Part shown: positions 52,546 to 64,000 of the stretch, in pieces
Numbering within the stretch: position 1 is the stretch's first letter
How the letters are laid out: each line of letters starts with the position of its first letter
From: Octopus sinensis
Lineage: Eukaryota
Length of the DNA: 64,000 nt
Direction: 5' to 3'
Assembly (NCBI RefSeq): GCF_006345805.1
Contig: NC_043005.1
Location: forward strand, 44,082,001-44,146,000
Program-made: the position numbers and the translations under genes
Notes under the pieces: model-generated
What the model was told of the DNA's origin: nothing
What the model saw: only the letters and a program-made list of their open reading frames with translations
Database searches by the model: none

Positions 52546-53089
52546 TCACTTCAGTTTCCTCAATGTACCCAGATGTATATCTTCTACTAACATGGTACAG
52601 CAATTTGTGCTCCCCCAGCTTACATCAGCTATAACCATCACCATCATGATCATCATGATCATGATCATCATCGTTGTTGTTGTGATCATTAATATCTTCA
52701 CCATTATCATGGTGATCTTTTTTTTCCTACATGCATCCAGAACATTCAAAAATTGACTGCTGAAATTGGAACAATCAACTCAATAAAGCTACAGACTTTA
52801 ACTGATGTTCCCCTCCCTAAAACAGGGCCATTAACACCTGAAGAAATCTAAGTTCAAGACTGGAAACTTATATTGAAAAGCTGCTTACTAAACTGCAAGG
52901 TCATTTGCTGAAGGATTTCCTGTAAAGAAGTTAGTTCCAAAGCAGAATGAAATCAATAGCTTACTGCTTGTCTTATTCTTTATTTTCTGAAAAACTTTCC
53001 ATTAGCAAATTCCAGTTTCATCTTAAACCTTATTTTAGTATTTTATTCAGTTTTATTGTTTATTTTTGATGTTTCACTGTATACCTATT

Positions 53090-53177
53090 ATTATCATCAC
53101 TATTATTATTGTTGTTGCTGTTGTTATCATCATTATTATTACCATTATTATTATTGTTATTATTATTATTATTATTA

Positions 53178-53247
<70 letters not shown>

Positions 53248-53248
53248 T
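53090..53248. repeat. (TAT)n microsatellite
   Basis: Directly visible. Confidence 0.9.
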
Positions 53249-55196
53249 TAAACCAAAGTTTCTATCAATCTAGCTATAATTCTACAATCTCAATGTTTCA
53301 AAAACTGTTTTCTTCAATATTTGAATTCAAATTTAATCATCTCTACTCCACATCTTCCTAGTATCTTAAAGGCAATTGTTTTGTTTAGAAGTAGGTTTTT
53401 CTCCAATTTTATGCCACTTATCAACAGATTTAAACCCATTTCTCCATTTAATGGCCAATAGATTAGATCTTATGCTCTTAAATGTTTTCACTATGCTTTT
53501 GTATAATTTGTTTGGTCCTATAATACTTTGCGGATTGAAATATAAGCTCTATTAGCTGTTTACATGAGTTATTTACTGGTAAATAACATTTTGATGGCAA
53601 ATAATTTATCAACCATGTTCTGTTTTGTTTTTCCCGCTTCCTTAATTTTCTTTTTCTTTTTGGTTTCCTTTATCGTCAATCTCAAACTGATATGTCTCAG
53701 CAATAATTTGGTTCAACTCCAGCAATGAGCATATCAAGTTTACTGTCAGGAAATATTCCCATTTTTATCACAATACACCACCTTAATACACTGCAAAACT
53801 ATTAAGCTTTCCATTAAACTAAAACATTAATAAATCATATAAATTTATCCAGACTCCTTTTCCCATATAGGTAATTTTAATTTGCTTTTCATTAGAAAGT
53901 TGGCAATTTTCTGGCTGTGATTGGTCACATGTTTATTAAATGGTTTCTATTTGTGATATCATACAGTCTTTAGTAATATCAACTACGCATTTCTGATTGC
54001 TCCATCGCACTTGCAACTGACAAGAGAAAGAAAATTAACTTATTCAGAATAAAATAATAATGATAGAAAAAAAATTAAAAAAAGAATAAATACAAAAAAC
54101 GAAAATGGAAAACATTAGACTAAGCTACAATTTCTATTTCTACTTAAAAGTAATCACCATTTGCAAAATAATTTCAAATTTGGATTTATTTTTTCCCTGT
54201 GGGTGTTTTCACTCTCTAAGCTAATTTCATCACTTCCAGCATCCAAGTGTAATTGCTTTTTCAACTGTGACTATTTTATTTTTTAGTCTATAATGTTTAT
54301 AGTATGCTTCTTCACAGTTCATCTTTACAGTCAGACCTCTGATATTCAACATTAGTTCTTCTCATTGTAACAGTCTGTCTTTACTTAGACCTCTGCTACT
54401 AGAACATCGTTTAAAATGACTTTAAATTGAATTCAACAATAATATCATACCACATTCTATGTCTGTAGACATGAATAAATTTTAAGAATTTTCAATAAAG
54501 ATTTTGGTTATTCTAATCTTAAATTTGTTTTGTATTTGTTTGTTTTTTTATTTTATTTTTTTGGATTTTTGGATTTCTTTTTTTACTGTATTGCAAGTAA
54601 TAGCAATGTCACATCACAATAATTTTAATTTTACGGTAACTATTAAGCTACAGTAAAATGAAATATAAAACATTCAATGCAAAGAAAAAGGAAAAAAAAA
54701 TGAATTAAAGTATTTAATGAAAGAAAATTGTTTAAATAATTATAAACTGAATGTAAGTTTGAATTGTTCTGGTAGACAGACTATTTAATTCAAAGTTCCT
54801 CCATTACACATGTTGCTGTGCCTTTATTCAAGATGCTAGAGACTATATCAAAAGAAAGATTCTGTCACCTACAGAAATTAGGATCTCTTTAGTAACTTAC
54901 AAGTAAAGAAATTGAAAAGTGGATTGAAGAATATATTAAAAACCATCATCATCATTGTCATCATCGGTGTTGTCATCATTAGTGACACTGCTGTTGTGAC
55001 TGTCAAGACCACCTATAAATATTTGAGGTTTCATGCTGTCATAGCAGGATGTGTGTCTCCTGTAGAGAATCACTCTTTGAGTTTGATTTAATGTCATTTT
55101 CCATTTGAGATACAGTATGATATGAAAGTATAGAAAGTATAAAGAGAAGTGTATGTGTGTGTGCATGGGTATGTATATATATATATATATATAATA

Positions 55197-55241
<45 letters not shown>

Positions 55242-55247
55242 ATATAT

Positions 55248-55310
<63 letters not shown>

Positions 55311-56081
55311 TATATGAATAGAGAGATGGATATATACCTACAAACATACATACATACATACATGCAATTTGAATATTCTCAGGTGATGCCATGAGGCAGA
55401 AATATTTTGGAAACCTCAAAAATAAATAATATTACTTCTACATAGACACACACACATATACATCCATACGAATATGCACATAAAAATAAAAATTACATGT
55501 ATATTCTGTGTCTTTGTATGAAAGCTTTGAGCTGAAAACAGTAATGTCTGTTGAGATGCCCTGTTAAAAAGAAATTGCCCTCAAGCTCTATACTTTCAAA
55601 GTTGAGTGAAATAAAATATCCTTATTTGAAAATCACATAAGGTTCAGTGATGGGAAGGATGTTACACTGGAAAATAATTCCACTATGCTATATATTCATT
55701 TAACTAATGCTTGTATAGGTAAAAACAGTAAAATGAATGAATGAGTGATGCTCACACACATACGATATGATATGATGGTTGTCTCTTGTAGTCTAAGAAA
55801 GACAGTCCTGCAATTTCTTATTGAACAACCTGCACAAACGATTTGTTTATAATGATCAAAAGTATGATCTGAACATTAGCGCATTCTCTCCATCAACTCC
55901 ACATTGCCTGAACAAATGCATATGATCAGAGAACAATGTGAAATTAAGTGTTTTGATGAAGAACACAACACACCACCTAGCCCAGGAACTAAAATCATAA
56001 TCTCACAATCATGAATGGAACTCCCAAATCAGTAGGCCATACACCCTCAACCACACACACACACACACACACACATCTCTC

Positions 56082-56115
<34 letters not shown>

Positions 56116-56361
56116 TGTATGCATGTATTTATGTATGTATGTATGTATGTATGTATGTATGTAGTGGCTGTGTGGTAAGAAACATGCTTCCTAACAACAT
56201 GGTGTAAAGATGTGCTTACATCTTCAGATATATGGATTCTGACTAAAGAGAGTTTAAAGATGGCTTCTCGATGAGAATATTTGGGCTTCTATTGACCCAT
56301 TGAGTTCACATGTATAACATGATAAAGCAGCAATGCTATGATCCCATGTGATAGAAAAGAT

Positions 56362-56600
56362 AGGCAGCAAGCTGGCTGAAATGTTAGCATGCCGGGCGAG
56401 ATGCTTAGCGGTATTTCATCTGTCTTAACGTTCAGAGTTCAAAATTCCGCTGAGGTTGACTTTGCCTTTCATCCTTTCGGAGTCGATAAATTAAGTATCA
56501 GTTACACACTGGGGTCGATGTAATCGACTTAATCCCTTTGTCTGTCCTTGTTTGTCCCCTTTATGTTTAGCCCCTTGTGGGCAATAAAGAAATAAGAAAA
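56362..56600 (+). mobile_element. SINE family B
   Basis: Similarity to 34738-34970. Confidence 0.85.
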
Positions 56601-56879
56601 TATAGTCTATTGGTAACAGGCAGTTGGCAATCTGTAGGGTTTAACAATTCAGTGACATCAAATAGAGACGTTTTGTACAACAAACAGGGATTTTTTTGTT
56701 TTGCAGTTGTGCCTGAAACAGTCAGGATAAAAGTGATCTTCTTTGAATATAAATACCCAATGGCCTGACTCAGTATATCATTAGTGGCAACAATAGGATA
56801 TAACAATTTTCTTAAGCACTGGTGCTATGTAAAATGCACTTGTGCTGATGCTGCATACATGCCTCCTTGTTGGTAGTAT

Positions 56880-57043
56880 GTAAACAGCATCCAGCATACT
56901 CTGTAAAGAGGTTGGCATTAGGAAGGGCATCTAGACACAGAAACTGTACCACAACAGACAATTGGAGCCTGGACAGCTCACTGGCTGGCCAACATCTGTG
57001 AAACTATCTAACCCATGCCAGCAAGGAGAATGGACGTTAAATA

Positions 57044-57076
<33 letters not shown>

Positions 57077-57085
57077 GTGATGATG
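56880..57085 (+). mobile_element. SINE family C
   Basis: Family C body with a (GAT)n tail. Confidence 0.75.
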
Positions 57086-57474
57086 AGGGACACTGCAGGC
57101 TGCTGCAGTATATGTAGTTTCTCTCTGAGGCAGAGCTGACCATTTCAAATGTATGTATCCATACATATATATATAGGGAGAATTCACAAAAAAAAACACA
57201 AAAGACAAAGACAGGTGGTGTAGACAACAAACAGATGTATTAGTATAATGCTCAGGAAGTGGAAAAGTCTTTAACATTTCAGGCCTATGCTTTTCCACAG
57301 AAAGGAACACAGAAAGAAACAGGGAGAGAAAATAAAGAATGTGTAGTGGCTAGCAATCCATTATGGCGATTGCCAGACAGAGGGGTCACACAGGCGAGCT
57401 AGGAAGAAGGGAAGATAATAAAGTAGTGGTGATCCCAAAATGAAAGTGCATGTATACACATGTGTGTGTATGTA

Positions 57475-57910
57475 GTGGCTGTGTGGTAAGAAGCATGCTT
57501 CTTAACCTTGTGGTTCCGGATTCAGTCCTACTACGTGGCACCTTAGGCAAGTGTCTTCTACTATAACCTCTGGCTGACCAAGGCCTTGTAAGAGGATTTG
57601 GTAAATGGAAACTGGAAGAAGCCCATTGCATATATGTGTGTGTGTGTGCATGTGTGTGTGTCTGTGTGTGTGTATGTGTCTGTGTGTATGCACGTGTGCT
57701 TGCATGTGCCTTTATGTCTGTTTGTCCCCCACAACTGCTTGACAATTGATTTTGTAGTGTTCACATCCCTGTAACTTAGCAGTTATGGGAAAAAAGACCA
57801 CTTTAACAAATACCAGGCTTCACGAAACAATTAAGTACTGGGGTCAATTCATTCAACTAAAAATTCATCAATGCAGTGCCCCAGCATGGCCACAGTCTAA
57901 CAATAGAAAC
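57475..57910 (+). mobile_element. SINE family A
   Basis: Similarity to 18321-18750. Confidence 0.85.
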
Positions 57911-58597
57911 AGGTAACGAAATAACGAAAATAGATTTTAAAAAATATATATTTTATCTTTTATGTTTTTACTTGTTTCAATCATTAGACTGCAGCTATGC
58001 TGTGGAACTGCCTTGAAGAATATTTAGTTGAATGAATCGACCCTTCAAATGAAAGAATAGAGCAAAACCAAAAGATTCAAGAATAGAAAGAAATCAATGG
58101 TGAATACAAATATGTATCATTTACTGTATCATATTCCCATAATGCCATAAGGATCATATTGGCCAAAAAGGATCAAAAGGAATTGATCGGTTTAGAGTGC
58201 CTAACCAACCAAATCAAGGATTTATCTATGAGAAATATTCAATGCAGTGAACATCAAGATGTTTGTGCAAACTGAAAGTTCAAAATATACCTTTTTTTTA
58301 ATTAAAGGAAGAAAATGATTAATTGTAAAAATAAAATCAATTCTTTATAAGAATCCAAAATTTGAAATTAAGCCAGAAATATTCAACACCTCTATTAAAA
58401 ATAGTTTCTTCCATACTCTGATGTTTTGGCTCCTTGGAAGAGCAAAAATTGAGCTTGCAAGTAAACATTAGCTCTTTCAGGTGTGATGTGGTGATTCATA
58501 ATATCATACTTCTCAGTCAAACATAAATTGCAAAGTTTTAAAATATTATTCAGTGTGGCTTTACCTAACATAGATTACACCACCTGGATAAACTCAC

Positions 58598-58690
58598 CCC
58601 TATCTTTCTTTTGAAAAATAACTTTGAGAGGGAGATAAAGTTTTCTTTGTGAAGGTGTTTGAAATGGCTCATATGCTGGCACAGTCAGCT
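58598..58690 (-). CDS. Candidate internal exon (LTVPAYEPFQTPSQRKLYLPLKVIFQKKDR, phase 1-1), product unknown
   Basis: Acceptor acatttcag and donor GGG|gtgagt; 93 nt open in only one frame. Confidence 0.2.
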
Positions 58691-59569
58691 CTGAAATGTG
58701 TTTTCTACAAGCCATTTTTTTTTACCCTTAGATACAGCAGCTTAATAATAAAAATTCCTTTTTAAGTTTATATGTTTTTATAGTTTACTATATCTTTCTT
58801 TTACAATGTCTTTCCTTCTTATTATTCACGTTTTCTGTGTAGATGTGATCACTTAGATTGAATAGAATATTAGACATTATATTTCTGTACAATCAGCAAA
58901 TCAGTAGAGGTAAACCAATTAGAGATGAGTTAACAGCTGGGAGTATCAAATTAATATTCTATCTGCAAATTTATGCTTGACCAACTACGTATGTCTAAAC
59001 TGTAACATGACGTTTTCGACCATTGTGCAATGCATGCAGCTGATCTGAGAATTATCAGCTGTTTTGCCATATTAAAAGTGTTCCTGTAGCTGAAAACGAC
59101 TTGTCTGCATCTGAAAATACTTGACTTTACCTAATCATCTATTTTATTTCCCTGCTAGCTTTCAGCAATTTATACTATAGTATTTCCTTCAGTGAAAGAG
59201 AGAGAAATCTAAGTTTCAAACATGAGAGTCTTTCAGTAATGATGAATTTGTGAGCTGATGAGATGTCTGATAATTGGGAATAGATACAGTGAGGTATGTA
59301 TTAAATGATCACAGACACCCATACAATCTCTGATTTTTTTTGATGCGATTATTGAATGAAGTAAGGTGATGGATTATAAACCTTCATTGACAAGAGGAAT
59401 CAATCAATATAAAACCTGTCATTTTTCATTAACGTACAGTAAAAAAAAAACACTCCCTATACTATATTAGTGAAATACAGCAGATGATTGGAATTCGATT
59501 TTTTATCCTTTTGTTGTTGTTGTTGTTGTTGTGACATTTGTATCTGTTAGCATTTATCATTTGTCTGTC

Positions 59570-59999
59570 GCTTGTTTCAGTCATTAGACTGCAACCATGC
59601 TGGGGTACCACCTTGAAGAATTTTTAGTACTGTTTTCTTTTTTTTTTTAAGCCGGGTACTTATTCTGTTGGTCTCTTTTACTAAACTGCTAAGTTATGGG
59701 GACATAAACAAACCAACACCTGTTGTCAAGCAGTGGTGAGGTATAAAAACAGACATGAAGACACACACATAGCTACATATAAATATATATATATATCATC
59801 ATCATTATCATCGTTTAACGTCCTAACGTCCGTTTTCCATGTCTAGCATGGGTTGGACAGTTCAACCGGAGTCTGGGAAGCCAAGAGGCTGCACCAGGCT
59901 CCAGTCTGATCTGGCAGTGTTTTCTACAGCTGGATGCCCTTCCTAACACCAACCACTCTGTGAGTGTAGTGGGTGCTTTTTACGTGCCACCGGCACGGG

Positions 60000-60000
<1 letters not shown>
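59570..60000 (-). mobile_element. SINE A 3' part followed by SINE C
   Basis: Similarity to other copies in the window. Confidence 0.8.
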
Positions 60001-60042
<42 letters not shown>

Positions 60043-60109
60043 ACCGTGTATGTATCATTGGCGATTTTCATTCTCTGTCTTCCCATCCTTGGACCTTTCC
60101 TTAATCTAT

Positions 60110-60143
60110 GTTTCTGATGAAGAGCTCTGCTCGAAACATTAGA
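60110..60143 (+). ncRNA. Degenerate minimal type I hammerhead-like motif in a PLE-type tail
   Basis: gttt-CTGATGA-a-GAGC-tct-GCTC-GAAA-cattagat: canonical core and 4-bp stem II; stem III disrupted (probable CG to CA change). Confidence 0.55.
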
Positions 60144-60265
60144 TCCTCCTTCTTTCTTTCCTTTCCTGAGTATCTAATAACAATATACTTGTTCCATATC
60201 CTCACGTTGTCGTGTTTTCTCTTTGTTCATGTTTGGATTAACTATATATATATATATATTATATA

Positions 60266-60305
<40 letters not shown>

Positions 60306-61884
60306 AAAATATTATTCGAGACAAAACCACTATTTTGCAAAACAAACAAGGAAAGACTTAATCAATACATAAATTTTAATAAATTTTTAATATGTATATA
60401 TATATATGTATATATATACATATATATATATATACATATATGTGTGTATGTGTGTACATGTATGAATGTTTGTATGCATGTACTAACACATACACACAAT
60501 GGGCTTCTTTCAGTTTCCAGCCACCAAATCAACTCACAAAACTTTGGTCAGCCCGAAGGCTATAGTAGACAACACTTGCTCAAAGTCTACATAGTAGGAC
60601 TCAACCCAGAATCATGTAGTTGGCAAGCAAACTTCTTACCACACAGCCACACCTGCACCTATTTATGTAATTTTCTATATGAAAACTGATTGCAGAGCTT
60701 TATAAACGATCCGTGTGAAATTCTTAATGAATATCTATGGGAAATTCTCAGAGAAAGGGATTTTAACACTGTAATTCATCCTTAAAACAAATCATTCAGT
60801 TATAAAAGGTGTAGTTAACCCATTTCCAGGTATTTTCTGTACAAAAGTCATGACTTTTAGAAGATATTCAAAAAATTTTCAGATGGTGAATCATTTGTAC
60901 CACATTTATGAAAATCATACCAAGCAGATAACTGGATTTATAGTAAGAATATATATTTAACTACAATCACTTTGGAGTGATTAATTTTATCAACTGCTGG
61001 CCTGCTTGGGAAATATTTAAATAGAATTTTCACAATATGTTAAAAAAAAAACGCACAAACATTACAACCATAATTGTATTTTAAAAGAAAAAGTGTGAGT
61101 TATAAATGTATGTATGTATGTATGCATGTATGTATGTATGTATGTATGTATGTATGTATGTATGTATGTATGTATGTATGTATGTATGTATGTATGTATG
61201 TATGCATGTATGTATGCCTGCATGTAATCATGCATGCCAGCATGTATGTATATATGTATGCATGTATGTATGTATGTATGTTCACATACACACAATGGGC
61301 TTCTTTCAGTTTCCAACCACCAAATCCATTCACAAGGCTGTATGTATGTATACCAGCATGTAATCATGCATGCAAGCATGTATGTATGTATGTATGTATG
61401 TATGTATGTATGTACGTATGTATGTATGTATGTATGTATGTATGTATGTATGTATGCATGTATGTATGTATGTATGTATGTATACTCAATTGGCAGAATC
61501 ATTGAAGTATCCCTTCTGTACAATGGTATTGCTCTAATGTTTTGACTTCAACTCCTGCTGAAGTCAGTTTCACCTTTCATATTTTCAGTGTTGATAAATA
61601 AACTAGTGTCTCAGAATGTAACATCACAAATTTCAACTCTTATTTCACATTACTGTTTCTTGAATAGTACTAATAAATAAGAAGCTGATATCATATTTAT
61701 GTATAAGTTAAATTGTCATGAAATATGCAACATGTGTAAATCAAAAGAAACCCTCTTATTTCTTTCAAATATTTAACAGTTTGGTAGAATGATGTCTAGC
61801 ATTTAGCCATTAGATATTTTGAAATATTGGTTTAAAATTTTGGCACAAGGCCAGCAAGTTTGGTGGAGGTCTAAGATGATTACA

Positions 61885-62285
61885 GTGGCTGTGTGGTAAG
61901 TAGCTTGCTTACCAACCACATGGTTCCGGATTCATTTCCACTGTATGGTACCTTGAGCAAGTGTCTTCTACTATAACCTCAGGCTGAACAAAGCCTTATG
62001 AGTGGATTTGGTAGGCAGAAACTGAAAGAAGCCCATCGTATATATGTATATATATATATATATGTATGTATGTATGTATATATGTTTGTGTGGCTGTGTC
62101 TGTTGCCCCAATATCGCTTGACAACCAATGCTGGTGTGTTTACGTCCCCATAACTTAGCAGTTCAGCAAAAGAGACTGATAGAATATGTACTAGGCTTCC
62201 AAAGAATAAGTCCTGAGGTTGATTTGCTCGACTAAAGGCGGTGCTCCAGCATGGCTACAGTCAAAGGACTGAAACAAGTAGAAGA
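61885..62285 (+). mobile_element. SINE family A inserted into a minus-strand SINE family B
   Basis: Family B halves at 61830-61885 and 62300-62445 flank a full family A copy. Confidence 0.8.
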
Positions 62286-62789
62286 GATAATTCTAATGCT
62301 CTACAGGAACTTATTTTATTGACTCTGGAAGGATAAAGTGCAAAGTTGACCTCAGCAGTATTTGAACTCAGAATGTAAAGACAGATAAAAGACTGCTAAG
62401 CATTTTACCTGGTATGATAACAATTCTGCCAGCTCACCACCATGGTATTTTGAAGTATTAATAAGAATTTTTAGTTGTAGTTCTGAATAAGAAATTTGTA
62501 TGTAACTACTGTGAATTTTTTTTTTTTTTCAGAAATCTGAAAGCCACAAACCATCACTACCCTCTATATAAGGCTTGGCTTATTGTAATATCCTCCAAGT
62601 AATTATTATTGTTTTTAGAAACCAGAAATATTTTGATGAAATTGTTGTCAGAAACCATTTTAGTGTATACATAGTGATTATATGACTAGTGTATGTGTTG
62701 TGATTATATCTTTATTCAAAATGATTTTCAATCAACTTGATATCATCTTTAGACACTGAATCATTAGCTGAATTATAAATCAACATCAG

Positions 62790-63200
62790 TTGAACTTCTC
62801 AATAAAGAATATAGCCATTCATTCAAGGAAACAGTATATTGAAAGGCTAATCCAAAAGATTGATAAATTTGTAAAGAGAATGTAGTGGAAAGTCTTCTTC
62901 ATTAAATATGATCATGATTTGCCGACTCTCAACAACAAGTTCAGTTTTACGACCCAGAAATGTCCACCAGAAAAAGACGCTATTGGAACGTTTTGAAGCG
63001 GAACTTTTCTACTTAATTAGGATACTGAGACACAAAAGTATGATTAAATGATTTCAGCAAGTCTTTAAAGAACAATTCAAAAACCTTCCAACATTCCAGA
63101 AACATTTTTGTCTTCTTGGACAAAGTCAGAATTTTATAGAAAAATATCAGAGACTACTGATACCTAAAAACGACACTATATTTAATTCTATTAATCTAGA
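62790..63200 (+). mobile_element. Penelope-like element, decayed N-terminal ORF region
   Basis: FSIKNIAIHSRKQYIERLIQKIDKFVKRM*WKVFF...FTTQKCPP...FEAELF...DKVRILY resembles the PLE ORF N-terminus (S.KNIP.P...Y...L..K...F..RMRWK.FF); recalled similarity. Confidence 0.65.
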
Positions 63201-63368
63201 AGATAAGCAAATGGCTATCAATTTAGAAAAAGTTAAGAGTTGAATGTTTAGCTTTATGAAATCTTCCTTTTAAGCACTATAATCAAAATTTTATTCATAA
63301 TTGACCTTGTAAGTTAATTAATGTAAGTGAAACTGAATTGGGTATAGTGAGTAAAAGTATCTTAGACA

Positions 63369-63635
63369 GGTTATATCTATCCCCACTCAATCGTGACTGT
63401 TCTATTAGAACAAACTATACTGTGGTAGTTATCATGAGAGAAACTCTCATATTGCTTTTTTTTCTTCTTTTTTTTTTGGTGCAAAATGTACTGAAAGAAA
63501 TGCATTTTGCATTGTGATTTTCACAGAGTGCATTTTGCACAAAAAAAAACAATATGAGAGTTTCTCACATGGTAACTGCCACAGTATAGTTTGTTCTAAT
63601 AGAACACTCATGATTGAACGGGGATAAATATTACC
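63369..63635. mobile_element. Foldback / long-TIR MITE-like element
   Basis: ~110-bp inverted arms (ggttatatctatcccc...ggtgcaaaatgtact versus agtgcattttgcac...ggggataaatattacc), with high but imperfect identity. Confidence 0.75.
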
Positions 63636-64000
63636 TCTTGATATTGACACTGCCTCTGTTGCTAACATATATCTTAGACAGTGTAAAAGTATTTTAGTCT
63701 CAAAATTAAACTAAAAACTGAGATAATTTAATGGAATGACTGCCTTAAATCAGTATACACACTTGAAACAGCAGAGATATAAAATAATGATATTTATATA
63801 ATCTATAACACGTTTGTGTTACACACAAAGGTACCATGGTACTTACTGTGGTATTTATTCTCAAAGAACAACTTCTGAGAAACTTTGTGAAAAAAAACAC
63901 AATCTGGACCAAATGACAGCAGTGGACAGTCAGGCTCTGGTGTTCTGTGATGAAATTCTACATTATATACCATTCCATGTTTGAGTGTACACAAGCATGT

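Noticed and set aside
56567-56806. Overlapping ORFs on both strands with a strong plus-strand acceptor at ~56706
   Set aside because: No recognisable motif or donor; part of the frame runs into a SINE.
59245-59275. C/D-box snoRNA-like ATGATGA...CTGA
   Set aside because: The boxes are too close together and there is no terminal stem or guide sequence.

Overview
AT-rich, repeat-dominated animal DNA, most likely an octopus or other coleoid cephalopod. That assignment is inferred from the tRNA-derived SINE families, the maT-type transposase and the very dense (TA)n/(TACA)n/(CAT)n microsatellites. No host protein-coding gene could be identified with confidence: almost all listed ORFs are microsatellite or SINE by-products, and only a few splice-bounded candidate exons remain. 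Recognisable content includes a decayed Helitron with its CTAG end, a non-autonomous Helitron, two Penelope-like (PLE) coding remnants, a TIR-bounded DD37D (maT) element plus a fragment, a Tigger/pogo 5' fragment, CR1/L2-, RTE- and L1/Tx1-like LINE pieces, several MITEs and dozens of SINEs (some nested, some in head-to-tail arrays). Most notable are: (i) type I hammerhead-like motifs in PLE-type tails, one inside an 85-bp palindrome at 17.6-17.8 kb; (ii) a SINE family whose 5' part is a variable ~62-bp tandem array; (iii) several long inverted or direct duplications abutting SINEs; (iv) a ~1.46-kb recent tandem duplication; and (v) a unique CpG-rich promoter-like island at 16.8-17.25 kb.
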